NCBI GenBank assembly: GCA_977030845.1
Contig: OZ365112.1
Coordinates: 24,552,001-24,616,000, forward strand
Reading direction: 5' to 3'
Source: Fimbriosthenelais zetlandica
Taxonomy: Eukaryota
Length of the DNA stretch: 64,000 bases
Numbering within the stretch: the stretch's first letter is position 1; each line of letters starts with the position of its first letter. Of this stretch, positions 29,352 to 40,801 are shown in pieces. Position numbers and translations under genes: made by a program. The notes under the pieces were generated by a model. It was given only the letters and a program-made list of their open reading frames with translations, was not told where the DNA came from and ran no database searches.

Positions 29352-30127
29352 AAAGAAGAGGTAAAGGCTTTAGAATCGCTGGAACAAGCCTGTCATAAGA
29401 AGACGCTTGATATAAAAGACCAGTATTCCAAAGGGCACCACCACACAGGACCACCCCATATAGCTGCTACTTCCGTCCCTCAGCCCCGAGGAGAATATCT
29501 GATCTTCAGGTCCAGTTTAGCAGGTGAATTACCTATTTATCGCCCACAGAATGGCTGCGACATTCTCTGGAAACCAGAGAAACTGACAGAAATATGAGAC
29601 GCATCCTCTGGTGATTCCTCAGTAAATGGCTGTCCGGGATATTCTGAGCGGACTGCTCACAACCCCTCGCCTGATGTGGCATGTCACCCTTTGATGTTCT
29701 GTCAGGTGACAGCCAGGAATCTTCTCCCAACACAGCATTTCTGGAGGAGATTTATGCAGCGTGGCTAGCTTGTATGACGTCACAACCCCGCATTCATTGA
29801 CCTCTAGGCATGTGGTCGTCATCCATCATCTTCGGGGTTTCTCGCCATTGCTGTTTCACGCCTGGAGCGGAGGTATACACCTTGCTGCCAGACATTGATA
29901 TGTCCTCGACAAGCGGCTTTGATCTGAAGATAACAGATTCCTTTTCTCCTCATCATGTTGGCTGATTCGAACTTTGCCAACATAGCCTGCCGTGAACACC
30001 TGTTGAATTTTTCATCAGAGGCAGTGTGTTGTGGGATGATCTGCCAGAGAACTTCCTGTGTGGAATGACCAGCCTGAAGGGAGGGCAATCAGGTTGGAAC
30101 CAAGTCCTCAGGACAGTTAATGCCTAG
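29352..30127 (+). mobile_element. Possible decayed non-LTR retrotransposon (LINE) ORF2 3' fragment
   Basis: Frameshifted, stop-interrupted translations: KEEVKALESLEQACHKKTLDIK (81 open codons, 29352-29594), MAVRDILSGLLTTP, and FFIRGSVLWDDLPENFLCGMTSLKG (from 30008), resembling the F..R...LWN.LP......SL..FK end motif of CR1/L2-type ORF2. Recognised by eye; no tail or TSD. Confidence 0.4.
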
Positions 30128-33100
30128 TCCCCCCACACCCTTTACACATCTCTGACACCCTGTAACTATTAGCGCTCTATATAGTTAGGCAATCTTGAGC
30201 TATTATCGACCTTGATCATACGTTGATGTTAAGTTTTCCAAAAAAGGTTTTCCTTTAAAGTAATTGCTCAATTCATGATGCTGATGACATCTTTTTGCCG
30301 AACCTTCTGTTGAACATTAGAGCATTTGGAAACATGTTAATATATCGTCCATTTATTCTCATTTCACACGATAACTTTCACTATTGGCGTTTTGACAATG
30401 CGACCAAACTTTGAGACCTTTGGAGTCTGAATCGTTCTGTGAAGATTCAGTGTCACCTCAGTAGGGACAACATTCATTCAGTACCCACGTTACATGCTTT
30501 ATCATCCATTACATGTATGTGTCTGCCACCAAGAGAGGCTGAGGGAGGCATGGGAAGTCTTAAGTGGAGAAGCCGTTCAGTGAGCACTCTATACTGGACA
30601 GAGTGTGCATGCATATAGCTCAGCATTGTTGGGTATCTGGGATTCACTGAGTAAGGTGTCACTGACTCAGTAAACCTTGGTTGACCTGCTGTGGAGAATA
30701 TGTGTCATATCTGCTGATTACCATCTGTTGATTGAAAGCCAAAAAAAGGCACGATTTATGTATAGACTTTATGCGGGAACTTATAATATTTTTCTCCCTG
30801 GATTTGACACCTTACATTATTGTCTGAGTTAGAAGGTGCTGCCACATCCTGCAGCTCCTATACCCGTTCAGTGTCCTTTTCTATGCCCCTTTGTGAATAT
30901 AGTATACAATGTAAAGACCACTATGGCTTTCTATAAGATTAACTGTCCCCAACATGGCGGAACATACCATCGTTGCCAGTTGCAGCACCCCGGGCCATTG
31001 ATGCATTAATTCCTATTTGTCATTAGAACAAAGTAAGCCCCAAAGTCATGTATCAGCTACCACACACCTCCCTCTGTGCTTTGCCGAGGATGTATTTGAT
31101 TTCATTTTCTCTGTGCGACCATTTTACTAATGGGTACAAATCGACTGGAAAGTCCTCTTTGGTGGCAATCAGTGCAAACAAATGTGTGCCTTATACTATT
31201 TAGGTATCTGTGGTATGTAATGTGCCAGCGATCACATCTCCGATTTCCATTTGTATAATATATATTATCACGCATGTTCTTACTTATTGCACAAAAATCA
31301 TCGATGACTGTACAGATGTGTTCATCTGCAGATTGACATTGGGTTAGTATGTTAGTTTTTCAAAAGACTGTGCAGAAGGTTTTTATTCCCAGAATGAGGT
31401 ATTCGCACCTAATTTATCAATCAGATCTATTTTCATTCCAAACTGAAGATATTGCGATCATTTATACAAAGCACTGTCAGGCATTCTCCCTTGGAGAATG
31501 AACATCAAATAAAGTGCACGGCCTGAGGCGACCCTCAATCTAATCTAATGTGCTTTCCTCCCATGGTCTAACTCGTCACATATCTTGCCCATAGAGTCCT
31601 CTATGAGTATTTTTTATACCTCAAATGTACATATTATATTGCATGAAAGTACAAAATATGTAAATTAGATCATAACCCATATACCCTAACTCTTTTCCAT
31701 CTTCCACATCACTGCCATTTTCATTGATCAATTACAATTGTTGTTCTCTCTGAAAGGACTATAGCTACAATGTTGCAAATTGAAAATGAAAAGGTTTTGT
31801 TGGAAAAGGTCAAAGCCTTGCACCTCCTCCCTCTTCACACGCTTTGAGTGATTTAACAGCACTCTCACCGCGGTTTTATCACAAAGCTTTGGCTTCTCTT
31901 TCACCTCACCAGGGTACTAGTGGTAAATCAAAGTCTCCTACCTTCCCTCGGGTCCTTCCCCATGGCTGGATGTGTGTGTTTGTTCAAATGTGTGTATTTG
32001 TGTGGGTAGATACTACTCATGATAACCCTTCTGACCACAGAAACCTGCACTATTGCCTTTCAGCCCCAGCCTTATATAAAACCACCTTGAGAGCTGAGAA
32101 TTAACAAGTGAGTGTTGTGGAAATCGAGGCATTCTCCAGGCTATCATTTTAAATTTACTATTCCCTCTGATGACTGTTTGCTGTGAAGCTGGGTGTGAAT
32201 TGGTTTTGTTCTCCTGACCTTAGTTGTCGCGAAGCGAGCTATCTCAGCAATTCTTATTGGTAGAGGTCATGGAGAGCAGTGTACTGGAAATATTTCTGTA
32301 ATTTCTTGGTCGGCATGATGATGTCTTTGCCTTTTAAAGTGGAAAATGACCACAGAAACACATTCCAAGATGAGCGAAGGATCGTTTTTTATATATGGAA
32401 AGTTTAATTATGGATAAAAGAAAACCAAAATCCCTTTATGTCATTTTGATAATGAATTATGGAAATGCTCCTCAATAGGTTTTAGAATGATTTTTTCGTG
32501 ATATTTCGTGATATTCCCTTACTCCATATAGCCTCCTCTATTATTACAATAATCCTTATACTACCTAGTCCTATTCTGTTCTCTGATAGGATGGTACGTC
32601 TTCCTCTCCTGGTAAATTTTTCTTTTTTTGTATTTCCTCCTCTTCCTTTGCTGATGTTTCACATCCGCTAAGAATCAATCCTGTCACCTTTTTTGTCTTA
32701 ATGACGCTGCCCTGGAGATTGGCGTGGTGTGAAGAAAGTGTTTGATATTCTGACTTGACATTTAGGTGGGATATTTAAGTTGTGAACTATCCATCAGGGG
32801 ATTCTCCAAGCTGGGCTCCCCTAACCCCCCTCTCACTGTGAGGTGTGGCTCTCAGCCTCTCACGCCGTACCCACGAGTCACTCCCCCACAAGAGACCAAT
32901 CATATTCCAGACCACTCCATCGCCTCCTTCATTGTCATACCGATGAAAGGTCCCATATCCTTGCATGCAAGGAGGGGTGGAGGTTTCTTATGATTGCTTC
33001 TGTAATTTCTGGGTGATGGTTCAATTTTCTATGAACTTTTAAAGGAGCAGTTAAAGATAGGATGTTATAATTATCGTTGATGAGGAATGTTAAAAGGAAG

Positions 33101-34359
33101 AACATTCCATATTATAATTATTAGAATGGTTCTTGTTTGGTGGATGCCATACGTTATTCCTTATAAATAATGGACGAAAGGCAAGAATAGAGAAGGGGAG
33201 CATCCTTCATGTGTTAGGTATGCCAGTCGCCTAATAGTATCCTATAATTACATTGGCATTTCCTAACAGCGGTTCACCTGACCATGCAAATAAGCCCTGT
33301 CCTTCTGAAAGACAATGCTCCTCCACACTACGCGACGTGTGGAATGCTCCGACGCTCATTAATTCTGCAATTCGAACGTCATCCCAACACATGCTTCCGC
33401 CGTGAAAATGTAGTCCATGGTTTAAGCGACGCGCAACAGGTTTAATAGGGCAAAGGGAGTAGCGCTGTTGGGGTAATTGGCAGAGTAAAGTGCGCCAGCG
33501 CTAATTGGTATGTTGGAGGTGTCCAAGGAAGCCACGAAGGGCACAGTCCCCTGCCTGACACCAAATATATCATGTTTGACATTTGCGGATTTGGGGTGCA
33601 AGATCCTGGTTGTCTTGGAAACCTTGCGTGCATATTGGAAAAGGCAGCCTCTGTGAGGTGAGGGATGAGCTGCATTATTCCATGGTGTATAATGGCCTTC
33701 AGGCCTTTTATAATTTTGTGAGGCAACCTTACAACGTAAAAACTTGCAACCCCGCAAGTTTAATTCTGACTTGCCAAGCTCCTAATTCTTACAAATAGCT
33801 TGGATACATGTTTTCAAATGTTTGCCTTAAATAGAAGAATGATCAATACTTTTCTAGGGGCCTGGATGCATGTTTGAAGTAGGATATTTAGAGATCCTTT
33901 CGGTGGTATTTAAACAAGGCAAAAAATGCCTGTGATGTTATTTCAATGAAAAGAATGGTCTGGACGCTAAAAGCAATTCCAAGGATATCCCGTTGGCAAT
34001 TTTCCCCCTGCAATATGACTAATTTGCTAATGCGTGCCTCAGTCTGATGCTAATTTCCAATCCTTTGACCAAGTCATTAAAATCTTGCTAGCAGCTGGAA
34101 CACGTTGTGGCCAATTGTTCTTCAATTACACTTCCCTCTTGTCAAGCGAGGGCACTAGCTAATGGCATTTCAGATGCTTATTTAAAAACTACCAATATCC
34201 GCTGAGACTTTACACTGGCTTTGCTGTTGCTAATTACAAGAGAAAACACACACAGCATAAGAAATAAAGTCAAATAGTCTGGTTCTAAAGAATCCATTTG
34301 GAGAAGATTATCTCTCGTCTGCACTTGAGAGGCCCCAGGAAGCTCACACTGTCAGAGTA

Positions 34360-34526
34360 AATACGCATCTGCTCTTGGTTTTATTATGATTTATTCTAAA
34401 TTTGCAATTTTTGAGATTTATCAATCAGCTGAATATAATTGACCTTCAGAGTTGGGTACAGGGTTGCCGCAGCTCAGGTAAAAATCAGATAAACGGTTTT
34501 TGTTCCCACATCGAGAAATTTAAACC
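34360..34526 (-). ncRNA. Candidate terminal exon of a short divergent non-coding transcript
   Basis: Acceptor cattttgcaatttttcag|G at 34527/34526; two AATAAA at 34395-34390 and 34385-34380; pairs with the donor at 34910 (384-nt intron). The 3' end is approximate. Confidence 0.35.
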
Positions 34527-34559
34527 CTGAAAAATTGCAAAATGATGTAGTGAATACCA

Positions 34560-34576
34560 CCCCCCCCCCCCCCCCC
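34560..34576. repeat. C17 homopolymer
   Basis: 17 consecutive C; lies within the predicted minus-strand intron 34527-34910. Confidence 0.85.
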
Positions 34577-34910
34577 GCCCACTATCCACACCACCAATAT
34601 GTCTGGAAATATGCATAATGTAATGAACAGATTAAGAATTATAAGAACAAATAAGAATTATAAGATATTATTTTAGCACATATAATTTTATTAATGTTAA
34701 ACACCTGTATTTGGGTTAAATACAAATTGCAGTCGCATTATCTTACATTTTTAACTTGTTAAATGCTAAGAAAATGTCAAATTACATACTTTTAGTTCAA
34801 AATGACGATCCATCGCAAAGAGCGCCTGGTCTGACCAAGCGGGAGATCGGGAAACCAAAGACGGTACAACGACAGGGATGACAGGGATGCAACTTTTGCC
34901 CTTTCCTTAC

Positions 34911-35251
34911 CCCCGCACATGCGCCACCTGTACGGCCGCGCCAGATCTAATTAGTCACGTGATCATCGACCAATGAGCAAGCTCCTAAGATCCACCTGTC
35001 GTTGCTTGGCAATGTAGTGTTTACATCAACATGTTAGGCTCCTCATAGCCAATGAGAAGGCTTCTACAATCTACCACCCCCTCCATCTGAGGTTGCCATG
35101 ACCTGCTGGGATTTGCATTCTCTCTGGGCCAATGAGAAGGCTGATCTGGGAAAGTCGGGTGATTAGGCATGGGTCTGCCTGCAGAAGCGACCTAGAGACA
35201 GAAAACGTCGGTCACTTGATTGCTGGACAGCAAAGGAGACTATTTATTCAG
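34911..35251. promoter_or_regulatory. Candidate bidirectional promoter with divergent first exons
   Basis: CCAATGAG at 34970, 35049 and 35129; TCACGTGA 34955-34962; octamer ATTTGCAT 35111-35118. Plus donor CAG|GTGAGT after 35251; minus donor GGG|GTAAGG after 34911. Confidence 0.55.
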
Positions 35252-35853
35252 GTGAGTGCTCTCTCATAGGAGTTATTGTATATATATTCTTTATATTTTA
35301 CCCTCCTCCCTGCCACCTTTCTCCACCTGGCTTTGGACATTCAACTGTATTTTCAAAATTTATTGAATCTTACTTTAGTAACTTACTGGGATTTTTACTC
35401 TTATTTTTGACCTTTATTAGATTAGTAATTTTTGTAATTCAACAAAATTTCTTTAGTTGTATTCTTGCATTTGCATGTTAATTATGTCCATGCCAGTTTT
35501 GTGGAGAATGACCAATGGGATTTTACAATAGTCTACACTGGTTTCTTCTTATTGTAATTTAGTTGCTATATAATATATTTGGACTTTGGTCTGAATTTCT
35601 TGATAAAATTATTGTAAATGGTTTTGAATTTAGTTGAGTTTGGGAAGCCATGCCACGTGACTCTGCCGGCACCCCTCAAACCAGTAACAATATGGTGACC
35701 ATTTTAACTTATCACAGACTGGCCCCATTACTATAATGCACTGAAACTATTGAGTTAGCTTAGTTATTTTTGTTTATATCTAAGTACAATACTGATGAAC
35801 AATTTTCTGTCTTTTCATACAGAGACGACCGGACGTGCAGGGACTCTAGGCAT

Positions 35854-36059
35854 TTTGTCCAGCCTTCCATTTGTCCAGCCTTCCATTTGTCCAGCCTTCC
35901 ATTTGTCCAGCCTTCCATTTGTCCAGCCTTCCATTTGTCCAGCCTTCCATTTGTCCAGCCTTCCATTTGTCCAGCCTTCCATTTGTCCAGCCTTCCATTT
36001 GTCCAGCCTTCCATTTGTCCAGCCTTCCATTTGTCCAGCCTTCCATTTGTCCAGCCTTC
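35854..36059. repeat. Perfect 16-bp minisatellite (TTTGTCCAGCCTTCCA) x ~12.9
   Basis: 12 full identical units from 35854 plus 14 nt of a 13th. Explains all six overlapping periodic ORFs at 35760-36210. Confidence 0.97.
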
Positions 36060-37559
36060 AAAAAGTAAGTTAACATTTTGTTCATTTTTCTTGAGCCGAA
36101 GTAAGATTTGGTGGCATTGTGGTGGCGTTCATGAAGGCAGGTCTGCAGTATCTCAATGGCTAGTGAATTACTACGCTTTCTATTATTGCCAAATTTTCCC
36201 CTTGTTTTAGGCTGTCTAACAAGGTAGCATTTTTATAAATTATCCGGAAACATTTAGAGATTAGAGCTTTATTTGTGCTCTAAATTAAATAATAAGTTTC
36301 AGAAATTCCTTTCGACAGTTAACAGCCGTTGTGCACTAAATTATCACCAAAATTCGTCTAACCTTTCAAAGCATATGTTAACTAAATTACCCCCAAATGA
36401 TTTTGTTTGCCTCATGAATGCATCAGCTATGAAGCCACCAGATTTTATTCTAGGCCTTACCTCTTTACTTGAATACAAGACTTGAGCTTTGGTTATTTTT
36501 CACACCGGTTAAAAGCTTAATTTAAAATTGTCTTTCACCCTATTGGCCAATATAGATTTTCAATTGTCATATTAGGTATTTTATCATCGGTGAATTTAAA
36601 AGTGACCAAATTCTCAGATAGTTCCAAAAATCCTTCAGTCCGCAGCTCTAGTCTTTATTCAAGCATTTTTTTTTTAGCAATTGCAACATTCAGTTATGAA
36701 AATTAAATCATGCCTGTAGCCACATGTTGTCCCAGTGGAGGTGGGCTGTGTATATATTGGTTACTAGTTTAGGGTCCTCATTGGTAATTAGGAATAGGAT
36801 ATCAATGGTTGCCTGGGGGGTGTTATATATTTGATTCGGCTTAGGTTGGAGGTTCATATACTGTATTCATTAGTTATGGTCCTAATTAGAAATTAATAGG
36901 GGAGGCCTTTTTTAAGATCCTTGTTGCGGTATAGGTCAGTATTTTCTATATTTTGAGGACTTCATATTAGTAAATTCGTTTGGTGTAGGGGTCGTATTTG
37001 CTAATTAGCTGGGTTCCTACAATGTTAATAACTTGGATAGGCGCGAGAATTGTCCATTAGATTAGTATTTAGTTAGGTGGTGGGATAGTGGGGTGGTGAT
37101 AATCTAGTTAAATGGTCGCAATTCCGAAATAGTTGGGGCGAGGGGCTTATTTGGGGGTTCAGTTTCATATTTTGTCATTAGTAGTGGGAGAAATGTAGTT
37201 GGTTGGGGGCTATTATTGAGTTAATTAGCAGGTATTTAATGAGCAATTAGTGGGTTATTTGCTTAGAACGGGGATTGTGGTACTGTTTCATATATTTACT
37301 TGGGAGGGATGGTAGGATGGGGTTGCTTATTTTAGCTCAGAATGTCAGGTCTATATTGTTCTGCAGCCAGGGACACTGCCCTCCCACAGACCCACCCGGC
37401 CCTCCCTGGCTACGGGCATGATTTAAAGTGGAATATCTAGTGGTAGAGATGCAGTAAATTTCCTAGGTTAGCAAACCTTCAATATCCTCTTAGTTGACTT
37501 AACCCGACTAGTCAAGACCTTAACTATTTCCTATTTAATTATATCCAAATTAGTCAGTC

Positions 37560-37970
37560 CCAGTAAAATCTAATTTCCATGTAGGTAATGTAGCTCTATA
37601 ATCGTCTAGCTAGGCACGTTTATTAGCAAATTCCTAGAGAAATTTGTCTAATTATGCTTATACCTAAATAAGCCAAGAAATCTAATTTCCCTGTGAGTTA
37701 TGTAGCTCTAGGTGGCAGTGAATCAAGAATTTTCCAACTATACTAGTCCGGTTTGGTGTAATTTAGCTCTAGACAGGCATGTGATAATTTTATAGCTAGT
37801 CATTTTTGCAGGCAAATTACTAGAGAAAGTGGCTACACTGTATTTATAATTTCTAAATTAGCCAAAATGTTCCCCTGTAAGTAATGTAGCTCTAGATGGG
37901 TATTTAATAACTTCTCAGCCAGTCATGATTGTTAGCAAATTCCTAGAGTAACTTTTATTAGCAAATTCCT
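37560..37970. repeat. Degenerate tandem repeat (TAGCTCTA and TAGCAAATTCCT motifs)
   Basis: TAGCTCTA at 37591, 37703, 37764 and 37887 with similar upstream context (e.g. AATCTAATTTCC(A/C)TGT); TTAGCAAATTCCT recurs near 37602, 37932 and 37958. Confidence 0.65.
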
Positions 37971-38069
37971 GCAATTTGTCTACACTGTAAATATAATGTA
38001 CATATATCAGTATATAGCCTGAGGTGAAGCTGAGTGCTCATAATTTCAGATTTGAAGAAAACAGAAGTA

Positions 38070-38255
38070 GGTATTTCTGTATGTTCAATTTTATTGTGAA
38101 GAAATGTTCTTTTCCAGTGAGGTGTCAAAATGATTATCTTGATTTCTAAGACTGTTTTATGTCCTCTTTTCCAGGGGATATCAATGCAGCAGAGGTAAAG
38201 TCCAGGAGATGTCTGAAAACCGACCATTGTAGCAGTTTGAAGTCCCAAAGAAGAC
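38070..38255 (-). ncRNA. Candidate terminal exon of the same transcript
   Basis: Acceptor cttcttgtttttcag|G at 38256/38255; AATAAA at 38095-38090. The 3' end is approximate. Confidence 0.4.
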
Positions 38256-38605
38256 CTGAAAAACAAGAAGTTGCAGCTTGATTCTTATGGTGAATAAAAT
38301 TGTTGAACTGAAATTGTATATATGTTTGTATTCCTTTTACAGCTCTTTTAATTTGTTTGGTCTTTCTTGCCCAATTAATGGGAAGATTGACTGAACAAAT
38401 TAAAAGATGTGCCTCTGGGCTTAAGTCTGGAGGTCATTTTTTGAAAAATCCTAGCCGTGTGGGCAGAACCTATCTCGAGTGTCAACGTCAACTGGCCCCT
38501 CTGGCCATTGACAGTGCGATTGGACTTAGAAGATATTCCAAACTCTACTGTCAGTAGTGACTAGTCACGACTGACAGTGGAGAAGGAAATAAAAAAAAAA
38601 AAGTT

Positions 38606-38824
38606 ACTGTCAACTAGTTGACAGTGCTTCTAATAGAAGCACTCAACTAATTGACAGTAGAGAAGAAGATAGAAATAAGAATAAAATAGAAGATAGAAAT
38701 AAGAATAAACTGTCAACTAGTTGACAGTGCTTCTAATAGAAGCACTCAACTAATTGACAGTAGAGAAGAAGATAGAAATAAGAATAAAATAGAAGATAGA
38801 AATAAGAATAAACTGTCAACTAGT
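38606..38824. repeat. 103-bp tandem duplication (2 copies plus partial) built from palindromes and a nested 24-bp purine-rich repeat
   Basis: ACTGTCAACTAG starts at 38606, 38709 and 38812 (period 103); the two full units read identical. Each has ACTGTCAACTAGTTGACAGT (20-bp palindrome), AGTGCTTCTA-A-TAGAAGCACT and AGAAGATAGAAATAAGAATAAAAT x1.9. Confidence 0.93.
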
Positions 38825-40801
38825 GTCAGTGTCTATAAGAGACATGGACAGTGACAAATGTACTTGAACTACTTTAATGAATAGAGTATTAAAGGAATCA
38901 AGATAGATTAGTTATTAAGGACTTATTAAAGGAAATAAAGTTAGAATAAGGAAAAGTACTTGAACTAAAATTAAATCTACCTGAAAAAGACAATGAATAC
39001 AAAAATTACTTAGTTCTATGCCTGTGCTAAGGTTCAAAAACTTCTAGCCACTGTGACCAATAGGAGGAGGAAATGATAATAAAGGGTGGTGGGAGGGGTA
39101 TAGGAGGGACAAAATTAAAGGAGGCTAGACTAAGGAGAGAGGGTGAATGCGGTAGTGGGTAGATTAAGTGGCAAAGGAAAAAGGTATATATAATAGGGTA
39201 AAGGCGGGGTAAGAAAGGGATTATGAGGATTATGAGAGGGAGGATGACAGGAAATAAAATAAAATACAAGGGAAGGGAATGATGACTATGTTGGCCATAA
39301 AGGGATGGAATGGAAGGTGGGTGGGGGTTAGAGAAAGGTAAGGGTGAGAAAATTAACAAGGGAATACGGATAGTCTATGGCAATTAGGCGAATGGCTAGC
39401 ACAAGCATAGGACTAAATATAAAAGGAATACATACACCTAGTTGGATTAGAAAGAAGAAACTTAATATAGAGAAACAGCACAGAATAATATCTCAAGTTC
39501 AATGGACTGACCTGAAGACAACTAGATGAAAAGATTTCAATTGAATGATACAGAATAATCTAGAGGGATAGAGGACAAAATAACGGTCCTAACACAAGAA
39601 CTAAATGGACATAAGCTACGGGGTACAACAAATACAACTGGTTGTAATCAAATGAATGGACTAAAGACGAGAGAAAATATCAATAGAATTCAATGGTCAT
39701 GACTATAAACTAAAATAACCTAACAAGCCAAATATTGCACTGAATTTAATAGACACAAAAAAATGAAGTAGAATATGACATACTAAATCTACAAAACTGG
39801 ATCAATATCAAACGAATGGACTAAAGAATATTTAATGGAAGGGAAAGGAGGACAATGCGAATTAAATTAAATTCAGATGGGCCCACAAAATGGGAGAGAA
39901 AGGACATAAATGTCAATAGAGTTAAATTCAAAATAGATAGAACGCACTCAGTACAGAGGCAATATAGAATACAACTACAATAATTATAAGGAGATAATAG
40001 GCGACAAAGTACCCCCACTCAATGAGATGATAGATTTTACAAGTAGAATTATACCAATGAGCTACAATGGGATGATCTAGGACAGAAATAAACCTCAAAG
40101 TAATAGCCATGAAAGAATTATAATGAAATTAAAGAAAATATATAAGGCCAAGAAAATGTGTTTGAATATCAACTCTTTTTTGCCAAAAATTGACATCAAA
40201 TTTAGATCATCAGGCTGAAATCTCGATAATTTAGGTGGCAATCTAGGTCATCGGTTCTGTCTTAATTCCAGAAATTGTTTTCTTTGGTTCCTTGATGGAA
40301 AGTACAGTAATTTGTATCTACATATATATGGGTCTCTCTTTACTTTTTCGCTTATAATAATAGATAACAAGATTGGCAAACCATTTAAACTGCATTAAAT
40401 GGGAGAAACATCTTTAAAATCCCGCGTCACCGCATCATTACTGGCCAGATGCAGGTGACGCCAAACAAAACATTTTGTGGCCTCAAAAAAGAGTCAAGAA
40501 TCAAAGAGAACAAACTCAAAAAGAGGTTCCGGTCTATCTACAATCTCAACTTTCATAAAACGCTAACAAACGGACAAAAGACACTAAAATAGAAGAGAAA
40601 TTGGACAAGACCTCAACAAAAAACTACCCATGTTACAAAAGACTAAGCTGAAAAGAAGGGCTGCAGACAAGACCCCTAACAAGTCAAACGTCCAGAGAAC
40701 ATGGATGTTAATAAGTGTACTTAGCTGACTAAAACATGCAAAAGGTACTTAATACCTAATAGTTATGCATCAGTCAATGTGCCGCCCTCCCCCAACCCCT
40801 A

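Noticed and set aside
33422-33757. GVRQG motif suggesting a LINE reverse transcriptase
   Set aside because: No following LSP.LF or YADD motif; a 5-residue match alone is not evidence.
35760-36210. Six overlapping ORFs with periodic peptides; also considered as a CRISPR array
   Set aside because: They are translations of the stop-free 16-bp minisatellite. Units are contiguous with no spacers, the context is eukaryotic and there are no cas genes.
36740-37345. Mitochondrial insertion (NUMT), suggested by mtDNA-like strand composition
   Set aside because: The frames I translated contain TAA/TAG stops and no recognisable mitochondrial protein, rRNA or tRNA motif; BLASTN to the mitogenome would settle it.
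39027-39359. 110-aa Pro/Leu/Ile-rich minus ORF
   Set aside because: Complement of the purine-rich low-complexity tract.
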